From a virus (lineage: Duplodnaviria > Caudoviricetes): a DNA stretch of 64,000 nucleotides. The position numbers and the translations under genes are program-made. The notes beneath the pieces were generated by a model. That model ran no database searches. It was not told the DNA's origin and was given only the letters and a program-made list of their open reading frames with translations. The stretch covers positions 96,001 through 160,000 of the IMG/VR virus record IMGVR_UViG_3300037067_016568; one strand, given 5' to 3'. This document shows, piece after piece, positions 46,834-56,784 of the stretch (its first letter is position 1; each line of letters begins with the position of its first letter).

Positions 46834-49800
46834 CTAGATTCTGTTTTCGCCAGCCTTCACAGGCTTAAGATTAGCTGCTGACTTCGTGCTGACATCCACA
46901 TCAGTCGGCGTGCTGTCAAAGCCTTCTAATTCCTTACCTCTCTTAGGCTTCTGAGCACCTTTCTCCTTTGGAGACTGCCGTGGATCTTGCTCCGTAGTAT
47001 TATAGTCGGCCTTCTTAGGATCTGTGATATCCTTATCTTCTTGGATCTTCTCCTCGCCCTCCAATTCTGGCTCCTCTTCAGGCTCCTCTTCAGGCTCTTC
47101 TTCAGGTGCGTTGCCAGCCTCAAAGTTAGGCATCTCATCGGCGTCTGTCTCCAGTGGTTCTGGTTCCTCCGCTCCAATGGCTGGTTCAGTCACAGGCTTC
47201 ATCGGTTCTATCTCAGCCACCGGTTCAATAGCTGCAACTCCCGACATACCACCAATTTCTACTTGCGGCTCTTCGCCCTCAGTGCCGGTGTCAACCGATA
47301 CTGATACTGAACCATCACCACTAGCAGTTACAGTAGCCACCGCCTCATCAAGAATGCGATCTTCCTCTTCTGAAATTGGCCGGAATTGCTCAATGCCTTG
47401 AACCAACCATTTTGAGAAGGGCCTGCTATCACCTTTCTTAATTTGAGCAGCTGCTAATGCGCTTTCGATGAGATTGTCAGGGACAGGCACATTGACGCTA
47501 CCATCCTCGCTCAAAATAACCAGCGGCTGGGCGTAATCTAGAATGAATCGAATACCATCTAGGTCTCCTTTCATCCCTTTGCCAGCTTCATCGTGTTCAA
47601 GCCACACTATATTGCGGCGAATACGAGACTCACTCTTCGGCTCTTCGCCAGTAAAACCAGCATCGGCCTCAGGTGCTTCACCTTCGATTTCATGTGTTGA
47701 ACTTCCAGCAGGCTTTTTACGCTCGACTTTATTCAATGCTGACCGACGAAGATTTCGCCGCCGCATCAAAGTGCCATTCTTGTATTGATCTTCTGCAATT
47801 TCTTCAAACTGCTCCACAAGATTATCAACAGTAGCATTCATGCGATGCTCAGGAACACGAATTCCAGAAGCAGTAAGTGCCTCTACGGCCAGCTTCTTGA
47901 CATCAACGTCTTCGATGTCTTTGTCTTCGACCAGCTTAAACATACTGGTGACGACATCTGACATTTCATCACGAAGGATAGACTGACCATAATCTAGGCC
48001 AATGCTAGATGTAAAGTCGATTGATTCTCCCATGGCGTATGGGTCAGAATCTTCACACTCCATTTCGGCTTCGTCATCCTCACACTCGTCTTCGACTTCA
48101 TCTTTTTTGCCTTCTCGTTCGGCAATTTTATTCTTGAGCCATTCCTTGTCTTCAGACAATCCAAGTGCCTTACGCTTAACGCGCTCAGACACCGGCTCAT
48201 CGGTCTTCTGCTTGCTGTCGAGATTTATATTGACATCCTTTTCTTCCTCTTCGCCACCAAGACCAAAGTCATCAAAGTCCTCTTCCTCGCCTTCCTCTTC
48301 CTCGTCGCCAAGGCCAAGCTCTTCGAGGTCTTCCTCTTCATTCCCTTCATCACCAAGCTCATCTTCAAAATCGAACTCTTCCTCACCGCCAAGTTCATCG
48401 CCGCCGACTTCTGGAGCAGCACCAGACGTTCCACCGACTTGAATGAGAGGTGAATTGATAACAATGCTTGGTTGGCCAGTAGTACCAAGATTACCTTGAT
48501 CTAACTCATCACCTATCTCTCCACCAAGCTCTTCTCCCTGATCAATTCCAGCATTCGTCTCAGGGCCTCCAACAGCATCATAGTCATTCAAAGTATCCAT
48601 GGCCTCTAACTCCTTATGAGCAGAGGCCAATGTCTCACGGACTAGATAAACTGTGGCGTCATCGACTTCAGATTCCGATAGCTTCTCAATCAACTCGTCG
48701 ACTTTTTCTTTGAGTTCGACGTCTTCTTGAATCTTCGGGCTATTACGAAGTAGGTCGAGTGCGGTGCGATATGCACTGACCTCTTCATCTCGTGGCGACA
48801 TCGCTTCATTGAATATCATGCTCAGGAACGTATCATAATCGCCATCGAAATTCTTCGACTTCTCCAAAACACTGACGTTTTCGAGCAGTGTCGGATGTTG
48901 CGACTTAACAGCCGTTGCACGCCACTCCTTAAGAATCGAATCACGATTGACCTTGAGATTCGTACGATAGAATAACGTGGCAGTGTCATTGCATAATTGT
49001 TGATTCATTATGGCTTTTGACGCCAAGGCGTTTTCTACAAGAGCTTGACACTCTTGACGTGTCAACAAACAAAACTCTTGCTGCTCAGACAGAAAACCCT
49101 TGACTCCAGCTACTGCTTCGGCGATTTTATCACCATCAATAAGCTGGGCAATCTTGTAGATCCGCTTCTGGAAACCGCCAGACTTATATGCGTCTTTGGC
49201 CGCTTCACGCATATGAGTACCAACAACCTTACGACAAGTCCATTCGCTTACTGGCAATTTCTGCCTGCGATCTCCATTGAATGTGGCACTGACAATTTGA
49301 CCATGCTCCAGGACAACGGAATCAGATAGGCTCTCGACAAGAGCTTTTATCAGCTTCTGCTTTTGTTGGCCGGTCCATTGCTCATTTGATTCAACTTGAA
49401 GTCTGCGAACCACACCATCACGAGTTCGAACAACACCGGATGTCGGAATAGTATGCGGAGAGAACTTTTGGGCAGCAAGATTATTGAACGTTGTCCGCAT
49501 CGCCCGTTGGTCATTAGCTTCAATAGCACTAACTAAACCACGGCAGTTCTGTTCAAAGAGTGATTTCTTCTGCCCTTCAACAATCTTCACAGGCCGAATG
49601 TTTGTGATATTGACCTTGCCACCGTGCAGCTGCTGATGATCGGCAGTATAATAGGAGCCACTAGAAGTATCCTCAATGAAGAGATCCTTCTTGCCTAAGG
49701 CCGCAAGCTGCCATTTGCCACCTGCTTTTTGCCCTAATTTCCTAACCAGTGACTCGTAAATAGCCACTTTGGCTTGGGCAGAACTATTGATAGTCCCAAG

Positions 49801-49851
49801 AAATTTCCTGCTGTCCAATACGAGACATTTGGCTTTAGTGGCCATGTACAA
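46834..49851 (-). CDS. Large acidic head-associated protein (prohead core-like)
   Basis: Directly downstream of portal; long E/D/G low-complexity tracts. Confidence 0.65.
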   Translation of the reverse strand: MYMATKAKCLVLDSRKFLGTINSSAQAKVAIYESLVRKLGQKAGGKWQLAALGKKDLFIEDTSSGSYYTADHQQLHGGKVNITNIRPVKIVEGQKKSLFEQNCRGLVSAIEANDQRAMRTTFNNLAAQKFSPHTIPTSGVVRTRDGVVRRLQVESNEQWTGQQKQKLIKALVESLSDSVVLEHGQIVSATFNGDRRQKLPVSEWTCRKVVGTHMREAAKDAYKSGGFQKRIYKIAQLIDGDKIAEAVAGVKGFLSEQQEFCLLTRQECQALVENALASKAIMNQQLCNDTATLFYRTNLKVNRDSILKEWRATAVKSQHPTLLENVSVLEKSKNFDGDYDTFLSMIFNEAMSPRDEEVSAYRTALDLLRNSPKIQEDVELKEKVDELIEKLSESEVDDATVYLVRETLASAHKELEAMDTLNDYDAVGGPETNAGIDQGEELGGEIGDELDQGNLGTTGQPSIVINSPLIQVGGTSGAAPEVGGDELGGEEEFDFEDELGDEGNEEEDLEELGLGDEEEEGEEEDFDDFGLGGEEEEKDVNINLDSKQKTDEPVSERVKRKALGLSEDKEWLKNKIAEREGKKDEVEDECEDDEAEMECEDSDPYAMGESIDFTSSIGLDYGQSILRDEMSDVVTSMFKLVEDKDIEDVDVKKLAVEALTASGIRVPEHRMNATVDNLVEQFEEIAEDQYKNGTLMRRRNLRRSALNKVERKKPAGSSTHEIEGEAPEADAGFTGEEPKSESRIRRNIVWLEHDEAGKGMKGDLDGIRFILDYAQPLVILSEDGSVNVPVPDNLIESALAAAQIKKGDSRPFSKWLVQGIEQFRPISEEEDRILDEAVATVTASGDGSVSVSVDTGTEGEEPQVEIGGMSGVAAIEPVAEIEPMKPVTEPAIGAEEPEPLETDADEMPNFEAGNAPEEEPEEEPEEEPELEGEEKIQEDKDITDPKKADYNTTEQDPRQSPKEKGAQKPKRGKELEGFDSTPTDVDVSTKSAANLKPVKAGENRI

Positions 49852-49923
49852 CTCCCTATTAATTGCAACCGACTCCGACCGGAGAGTTCGATTTTGGCTT
49901 ACATTATAGTGTTTGCTTAGAAC

Positions 49924-51843
49924 CTAGGTAGGTAGGTCCTCCTGACTGACATCTGCATCGTTCTCAACAGTTACGGGTTGACTTTTGAGAACGCTTCTAA
50001 ATTCTGCTATGGCCTCTTCACGTTCCTTCTTTGGGGTGGACCAACCCACCAAAAGACCAGAATCTTTGTCTAAGCCTTCTTTCAGCAGCTCATTAGCATT
50101 GGCACCGACTGTTCTTGTAAGACCGTCCAACTCTTTTGATTCAAGTAAGTATTGGAATGGGCTTGTGAGTTTGATACCGCGTTGAGATAATTTCACTATA
50201 TTACTGTATCGCTTACCTCGGCGTGCATCTCTCGCTATTTCAAGCAAAACCCTTCGTTCGTCTTCTCTGCCTTCTAGCTCAAATTCTTCGTCACCACCTT
50301 CTCCCTCTCCCTCATCCTCTACCTCGTCTCCCTCTTCACCGCCGATATCAAACTCCATCTCATCGCCTTCTCCTTCTTCGCCGCCTTCACCAGCTAATTC
50401 GCCTATATCGCCTATAGCTCCGCCGCCGCCGCCACCACCACCTTCTCCGTCTTCCTCTCCTGACGATTCCTCCTCAGCCAGTTCTTCCATTTCTTGGATT
50501 TCGTCAGGTGATAGGTCAGTGAATCTGGTAACAATCCATGTCTTGGGGAACCAACCAATGTCTTTTAAATCGGCCATCACACTAACTCTAGTGGCCCATG
50601 TTTCCATTCTGTACAGATCGTCAAGAGCCGAACTGGAGGCTAGTGATAAACTGAATCCTTTGATGTCCTGAACAGAATATCCTCGCAATGCAAGATGAAT
50701 AATACCAATCTTCTGTAGGCTTAATGCTATTTCTGACTGTATCCATTGAACAGCTTTAGCAAATTCTGCGTCCGACTGAGCTAAAGATTTCTCATTTGGT
50801 TCGCCTGCTCCCTCACCAATACCAACACGTGCAAATGGTATCTTGAGAGGTGATATCATCTTCTTCTTAAAGTATTCGATATCTGATATCTTGTCCATGT
50901 TCTCGCCACCGGGGAGAACCTCAATGTCTGGGCCAGAACCATCAGGACGCATCGGCAAAAAGAAATCATCTTCTTGAACAATAGGCGAAAATCTCTCGTC
51001 GAATGTTCCTGTAGTAGGATTATAAAATCTCTGCCTCTTGAACAATCTAGCAATGCTTAACAAATATTCCGGTACTTCCTTGGGAGGTATCATGCCCACA
51101 GGAATTTTGTATTTTCTCTTTTCAGGCCCTCTAGTAATGCGATAGATTAGTGAGGCATCCTCCATTAATCGCAATTGCTTAAATGGTTTCCGAGAACCAT
51201 CTATAACTGCGCGACCATATGGAGCATAAACTGACTCAAAATTGGTCAATCGCATATGCATGCACGACCATGGATGCATGAACACTGGTTCTGGATATAT
51301 CTCATCCTGATAAAAGAACCCAACTAAATCCCCAAACCTAGTCTCAATACGAGTGAAATTATAAATATTCATAAATCGCAGCGATGATACGCCGGTGCGA
51401 TTTCGATCTGTGACTATTTCAAATGCAGCATCACCAAACTTACATAAATATCTAGCAGCAGGTCTAAGCCATCTATCAATTAAGAGCGTGTCGAAGAATA
51501 ATTCTTCAAGGTCTTGTTTTATTCGACGATTAGCTGCTCTGATTATCAAACCATGCTTATACTCAGGGTCTATAAGTGAGCATTCGTCCGAGTACAGATC
51601 CAATGCAAGCGAAATTTCACCGGTCTGATCCATCTGCTCATAGTCTTTATACCTTTCTAGACGATTTATTTGCAGATTAGTCTGTTGTAGGATAGCATTC
51701 TGACTAGAAAAGTCTAAGAAATCACCACCAACAGCCAACTTGTCTATAGAAGACTGATCTTGAAGAATGCGTTCCTGTTGATATATCCGGTTAGAGCGGG
51801 CAAATTCTCTAATCCGATCCCATACTAACCAGTTAGCAGGCAT
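49924..51843 (-). CDS. gp20: Portal protein, T4 gp20-like
   Basis: RYKDYEQMD, KQLRLMEDASLIYRITRGPE, EDDFFLP, IEVLPGGEN, DIEYFKKK. Confidence 0.96.
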   Translation of the reverse strand: MPANWLVWDRIREFARSNRIYQQERILQDQSSIDKLAVGGDFLDFSSQNAILQQTNLQINRLERYKDYEQMDQTGEISLALDLYSDECSLIDPEYKHGLIIRAANRRIKQDLEELFFDTLLIDRWLRPAARYLCKFGDAAFEIVTDRNRTGVSSLRFMNIYNFTRIETRFGDLVGFFYQDEIYPEPVFMHPWSCMHMRLTNFESVYAPYGRAVIDGSRKPFKQLRLMEDASLIYRITRGPEKRKYKIPVGMIPPKEVPEYLLSIARLFKRQRFYNPTTGTFDERFSPIVQEDDFFLPMRPDGSGPDIEVLPGGENMDKISDIEYFKKKMISPLKIPFARVGIGEGAGEPNEKSLAQSDAEFAKAVQWIQSEIALSLQKIGIIHLALRGYSVQDIKGFSLSLASSSALDDLYRMETWATRVSVMADLKDIGWFPKTWIVTRFTDLSPDEIQEMEELAEEESSGEEDGEGGGGGGGGAIGDIGELAGEGGEEGEGDEMEFDIGGEEGDEVEDEGEGEGGDEEFELEGREDERRVLLEIARDARRGKRYSNIVKLSQRGIKLTSPFQYLLESKELDGLTRTVGANANELLKEGLDKDSGLLVGWSTPKKEREEAIAEFRSVLKSQPVTVENDADVSQEDLPT

Positions 51844-52019
51844 AACTACCTCATAGATACTTCATGAAACACAGCTTCTCACCACCGTATTTTTTAATGT
51901 AGCCATATTTCTATGCCGATAGTATATTATTATAGCTAATTGTGTAATTTTGTCTGCCCAATCAATCATATATTGGCCATCTGTTTGCAGTATTTACTTT
52001 TTAGAAGCTAGGAGCCAAC

Positions 52020-52283
52020 ATGAAGAAAATTAAAGTCGGTACGTCTGCAGAACAAATTATTTTAATTCATCAGGCAATGTCTTCTAAAATGCCATGCGTT
52101 TTATGCGGCGGTAAGCCCCATGTTGTTGGAGTATTTGCACCATATAGCAAAAAATTCCTACAGCATTGTAAATTAGGCTCAATAGTAGTGTATAGTCTAT
52201 GTAGAAAATGCAACAAAAAGAAAGACAAGCTTGCATTAATCGATGACGCAATACTTCAAGACTTGGCAGCGGAAAGTAATTAG
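52020..52283 (+). CDS. Small Zn-finger protein
   Basis: CVLCG, YSLCRKC; AGGAG RBS. Confidence 0.6.
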   Translation: MKKIKVGTSAEQIILIHQAMSSKMPCVLCGGKPHVVGVFAPYSKKFLQHCKLGSIVVYSLCRKCNKKKDKLALIDDAILQDLAAESN

Positions 52284-52284
52284 A

Positions 52285-53187
52285 TTACTTCGGATAACGC
52301 TCATCCGACTCACGCAGTAAAGCGGACGGATTTATAAGTCCAAACCCGCTGAGCTTGTCTCTGCCGGGCTTTTCTATATCAATTGCTGATTCATTCAGCA
52401 AGTCAAGCATTTCATCTCTATGCAGCGTAGCTCTATTGTCTTGTTTCCTGTCAGCAACAATAAGAGCAATAACACCAGCAACAAACGGGCATGCCGCACT
52501 TGTGCCACTCAGCATTGCTATTCTGTTGGGCGGCCAACAAGAAACTACCTCATCACCAGGTGCTACAATATCGACACGATCGCCTCTCGATGAGTAGCTA
52601 GGCACACGCTTGCGGCGATCAATAGCACCAACCCCAATTGTTTCTGTATAGCGTGCTGGATAATTCACAGAATCAAGAGCAGGACCATTGTTTCCGGCCG
52701 CACAAACAATAATCGACCGTTGCGATACGCTAATAACAGCATTATGTAATTCCTCAGTTGGAGTTGGAGACCCAACACTCATAGAAATCACATCAGCATC
52801 TTGTTCAGCGGCCCAATACAAAGCGTCTATGACTGCTTGATCATAACATGCACCATTATCTGATACGACCTTAGCAACTAATAACTGACACTCAGGCGCA
52901 ACGCCGACTATGCACGGGCCATTTTGTCGCGCTCCTATTATCCCAGCACAGAATGTACCATGTCCTAGTATGTCATCAGCACCTATCTTACTCTTTGTGA
53001 AATCAGTAGTATTCAGTATGGCGTCAGCAAGGTCATGATGCCTGAGTGCTATACCAGTATCAATAATTGCTACCTTGATACTGCATCCCTTAGTGATCTT
53101 CCAAAGACTGGGGATGCCCTCACATATTAATCCCCAATTCATGGTCTGCGAAGAGACCTGCCGCATTTTAAATGGGAGCAACTGCAT
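52285..53187 (-). CDS. Subtilisin-family (S8) serine protease
   Basis: VAIIDTG, GHGTFCAG, CAAGN, SGTSAACP. Confidence 0.95.
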   Translation of the reverse strand: MQLLPFKMRQVSSQTMNWGLICEGIPSLWKITKGCSIKVAIIDTGIALRHHDLADAILNTTDFTKSKIGADDILGHGTFCAGIIGARQNGPCIVGVAPECQLLVAKVVSDNGACYDQAVIDALYWAAEQDADVISMSVGSPTPTEELHNAVISVSQRSIIVCAAGNNGPALDSVNYPARYTETIGVGAIDRRKRVPSYSSRGDRVDIVAPGDEVVSCWPPNRIAMLSGTSAACPFVAGVIALIVADRKQDNRATLHRDEMLDLLNESAIDIEKPGRDKLSGFGLINPSALLRESDERYPK

Positions 53188-53292
53188 TTTAATCTCCTAT
53201 AGGAGATTTGCAATGACTCTCATTGCACGACAAATGTTATTAAATATCCTGCCTGATGGTGAAGAGCATTCGGTCAGATTGTACACATTTAG

Positions 53293-55233
53293 TTATATAA
53301 TTAATTTATGTTTCTGACGATTAACAGGTGGCATATTCTCAATACTTGTAGGTAGAGCACCTAATTGCTCTGCAAATCTGATAATTTCACCAGGGATACT
53401 AACATCGAGTGGCACTTCGACGACACCACCCATCGGTGCCAATACAGTTTGATCAAGCTTAATATGACCCTCTTGACCTTCTACTATGCCGAGATCTCCT
53501 TGCATTGACTCCTGGAATGGTATTAAGCCACCGCTTATTTGCGTTGCGGCATCATTGACGCCGATACAAGCTAAACCGAGGCTTATTACTAAGTCATCGT
53601 GATTTCCAGGGCCTTCCTCAGCTTCAGTTTTATCAGTATCGCGGCCAGCTCGATCTTTCTTACGAACGTAAATCTGTAACTGTTTCAATAAGCGGCGGCT
53701 ATAAACTTTGTAGCCGCCCTCAGGTTGCAAATAATCTATCAACGCTTTATTAAGTGTGGGTTTAGATGCTTGACCAGTATAAAAACCATACTCAGCCACT
53801 TTAATCGAATTACGTTTTTGCCCCCTAGTTGGCCTGTCGTTAATATCTGTTTTGCGCCATAAGTTTGGATACATCAAATCATATCGCATATCGTCAATAA
53901 AGGCATCGCCACCATTATTACGCTCAATAACCATTAGAGCATTGTTATACCAGCGCCCAATATAATCAGCTAGAAGCTTGAAATGTTTTGGCAGAGTTCG
54001 AATCATCATCTCTGCCACTTGCTCTTGAGCATCGACATCTAGTACTTCAAGCCCAAAATAATCACGCCCTTTACCTGTCGCAATATCAATTCCGATTGCA
54101 TATCGATGCGGTGGTATTCCAGGTTTTACAATTCGTTTACCTTCATAAACTGGGCGCATGCCATAGTTTGGCTTCTTCCAAATCCATAAACCTTCATCTT
54201 TATCTAATTCTCTTCTATTGCCACCATTAAAATTGATTTTGACATGCTCATTTTTAACAGGGTGAACATAGGTCTGCAGTCCTTTAACACGTTTAAAATC
54301 ATCAGATATAATTGTAGCCAGATAGGCCAAAACCTTAGCATCGATAATCGTACTGCCAGATCCAACAAATTCAGCTAAAATTTCTTGCTTAAACTTCCAT
54401 GCTTCTCCGCGTTCTTGTAATTCGCGATATTGCTCTTCTAGCCATGGCGACCATTTAGGACCATATTTTTCAATTTCTTCCGGTGTTACACAATCACGAA
54501 TACCAGCAATTGGTGCGATGACTTTAATTTCACCAGTCATGTCATCGCGATATCGTATCTCCCAATCCATGTCCCACCAATCAATATTGATGGGATTAAA
54601 GTTATTCAATCCGGCGACAGCATCAGTCCATGTGCTCCAGTACCAGCCGCCAACACCACATGTAGTAGAAACAACTATTACAGAACCACCGTGAATCAAT
54701 GTCGGCTGGCCTGCTGCCCACATCGTTCCCATATCTCTAATAAATGCAGCTTCATCAATAATATTCAATGATGAAGCATTAGATCGCAAGACATCAGGAT
54801 GAGATGTTAGGGATTTGATTCGGGAGCCGTTTGGAAACCGAATCTCATGTTCATTTTCTTTTGTCGGTTTCCATGCATCCTGCATCCATTGCGGCAAGTG
54901 CCGAAATAGAAATATGATGTTCTCACTCAAAAAATTAATAGCATCACCGTCAGTACGTGAGACTATTAATATAGTCTTATTTGAGAAAAACATCGCAAAC
55001 CAAAGTGCATACGCTCCGGCGATTTTGCTGGCACCCGTTTGCCGACACTTCTTGAATATGTTGTAGCGATATTTCCGAAAAGCTCTTAGTGCTCTTCTTT
55101 GGTAGCCAAAAGGATTAAATGGAAGCATGCCTGCTGATGGATGCTTCGTTTTTCCAAAATTCTTGAGAAAAAATATGGTAGAGTCTTTACAACGACGTAT
55201 AACCTGAGCTTGAGCTGAAGTAAATGCCATCAC
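53293..55233 (-). CDS. gp17: Terminase large subunit
   Basis: KKCRQTGAS, IIDEAAF, VVSTT, GIDIATG, IERNN, HDDLV. Confidence 0.95.
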   Translation of the reverse strand: MMAFTSAQAQVIRRCKDSTIFFLKNFGKTKHPSAGMLPFNPFGYQRRALRAFRKYRYNIFKKCRQTGASKIAGAYALWFAMFFSNKTILIVSRTDGDAINFLSENIIFLFRHLPQWMQDAWKPTKENEHEIRFPNGSRIKSLTSHPDVLRSNASSLNIIDEAAFIRDMGTMWAAGQPTLIHGGSVIVVSTTCGVGGWYWSTWTDAVAGLNNFNPINIDWWDMDWEIRYRDDMTGEIKVIAPIAGIRDCVTPEEIEKYGPKWSPWLEEQYRELQERGEAWKFKQEILAEFVGSGSTIIDAKVLAYLATIISDDFKRVKGLQTYVHPVKNEHVKINFNGGNRRELDKDEGLWIWKKPNYGMRPVYEGKRIVKPGIPPHRYAIGIDIATGKGRDYFGLEVLDVDAQEQVAEMMIRTLPKHFKLLADYIGRWYNNALMVIERNNGGDAFIDDMRYDLMYPNLWRKTDINDRPTRGQKRNSIKVAEYGFYTGQASKPTLNKALIDYLQPEGGYKVYSRRLLKQLQIYVRKKDRAGRDTDKTEAEEGPGNHDDLVISLGLACIGVNDAATQISGGLIPFQESMQGDLGIVEGQEGHIKLDQTVLAPMGGVVEVPLDVSIPGEIIRFAEQLGALPTSIENMPPVNRQKHKLII

Positions 55234-55817
55234 TCATCCTCTTCAGGCGGCTGCGCTAATATATTCTGCAGCTCAGGATCAACACCAGTTATATTGACGT
55301 TAGTTTGATTTGCATTGACAACCGTTTTAGTAGCTGACAATAACTTCGATCTTGAATCAAGCAATTTTACAGCATGTCCATTCGTATCCGCTAAAACCCC
55401 CAATGCCTTAACAAGAGACATCGTATCTGTCTCAGCGTCGGCATTGTTCCTAACACGTTGTAATAAGAGATCTATAACAGTATCAATTCTGCCACGGTCT
55501 CTTTTTAAGTTAGTCTGTACCTCATCATAATCATGATCAAACTTTCCTATCACCTCTTGTAAGTTAGCAATGCTTGCAACAGACTGTTCTATAGGAAGGT
55601 TTGGAGGTTCTACCTCTTCTATATCCTCAGCAGGATCGCTCATCTCTGGACCCAGCATAGGAGCTGTATCTGAGACAATATTTAAAGGCCCTGCTGTCTC
55701 TACCTCTGAAGGCTCTATGTCATCTAATTCAGATTCATTCTCTTCCTCAGGTTCATCTTCTTGTAAATCAGATAACAGAGCCTCAAGTTCTTCATCCATG
55801 CTAACATCTTCAGACAT
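55230..55817 (-). CDS. Probable terminase small subunit (gp16-like)
   Basis: Overlaps the large-subunit start; DYDEVQTNL...LADTNGHAVKLL helical pattern; mainly positional. Confidence 0.55.
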   Translation of the reverse strand: MSEDVSMDEELEALLSDLQEDEPEEENESELDDIEPSEVETAGPLNIVSDTAPMLGPEMSDPAEDIEEVEPPNLPIEQSVASIANLQEVIGKFDHDYDEVQTNLKRDRGRIDTVIDLLLQRVRNNADAETDTMSLVKALGVLADTNGHAVKLLDSRSKLLSATKTVVNANQTNVNITGVDPELQNILAQPPEEDE

Positions 55818-56784
55818 TGGATACTCCACATATCGCATTATTAAGAGACAGCAGCCATTCACGCTCAAATTGGCTCGGCTTCTGCGATAATCTCGATATT
55901 AGCATAGATAATGAAGCAAGATCATTCAATCCTTTTATATCGCACTCCGATATGGGCTTTCCGTTGTTAACGGTTAAAAATTCTATCGCTTCTTGAAACT
56001 TCTCTGGGTGTCTTTTATTACGCTTAATTTGTCGACGTAAAGCATACTTACCGCGCAATGTAGTAGTCGGGTCATTATGGTCTGCTGGCTTATGGTCTGT
56101 TTTATCGTCAATTTGACGTTCCAAGCTAGTGCTACGTGGATCGACCTTACTATGCCTCATCTGCCGTTGAACACGCTTCGCTATGCTGGTTGGACTTGTC
56201 TCAGTTATAAATCGATTGAGATCTTCAGCAGTCACAGTTTTCTCATCGATTGAAGTGTAGATTCCTTGAATTGATTCTGCAAGACGGTGCCATTTTAGCT
56301 TGTCGTTAGAATCAAGACCAGTCCATTCTCTTTTCAATCGATTAAGCTCTTTTTGCGACAACGCACCTGTCTCACCAGAATCGCAGCCCTCTTCATTATT
56401 GCATACTACATATTCCCAGAACGCTTCTTTGTCACCTTTCGCTATACCAGTATCCCAGTCTTGCTTATCAACAGACTCTTCTACTGTGTCTGACTCCATC
56501 TCCTCAGTTGCCTCTTTTTCTCCTTCTTCATAATGCTTAGCTTCTTCAGGGTCGAGTTCCTTCAACAGTTTGAGGAATTCTCCGGCATGAACCTTCTCCT
56601 CGTCGGTCACACTATTCAAAACACTAATAGCAGCAACTTCATCAGTGGCATCGGCAATTTGTTTGTATATCTGGACTGCCTCATATTCAGCAGCAATTGC
56701 AAATCGAATTGCCCTAACAAGCTCATCTTTGGTAAGCTTTCTACCATTCATCGGTTCAGTAAATGGAGATGAAAATTCTGGCAT
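55810..56784 (-). CDS. Ferritin-like (rubrerythrin/EncFtn-type) domain fused to an unknown C-terminal region
   Basis: ELVRAIRFAIAAEYEAVQIY...DEEKVHAGEF. Confidence 0.85.
   Translation of the reverse strand: MPEFSSPFTEPMNGRKLTKDELVRAIRFAIAAEYEAVQIYKQIADATDEVAAISVLNSVTDEEKVHAGEFLKLLKELDPEEAKHYEEGEKEATEEMESDTVEESVDKQDWDTGIAKGDKEAFWEYVVCNNEEGCDSGETGALSQKELNRLKREWTGLDSNDKLKWHRLAESIQGIYTSIDEKTVTAEDLNRFITETSPTSIAKRVQRQMRHSKVDPRSTSLERQIDDKTDHKPADHNDPTTTLRGKYALRRQIKRNKRHPEKFQEAIEFLTVNNGKPISECDIKGLNDLASLSMLISRLSQKPSQFEREWLLSLNNAICGVSNV

Noticed and set aside
47024-48488. Ser-rich plus-strand ORFs and TCTTCC-type repeats
   Set aside because: Antisense of Glu-rich tracts in the 1005-aa protein
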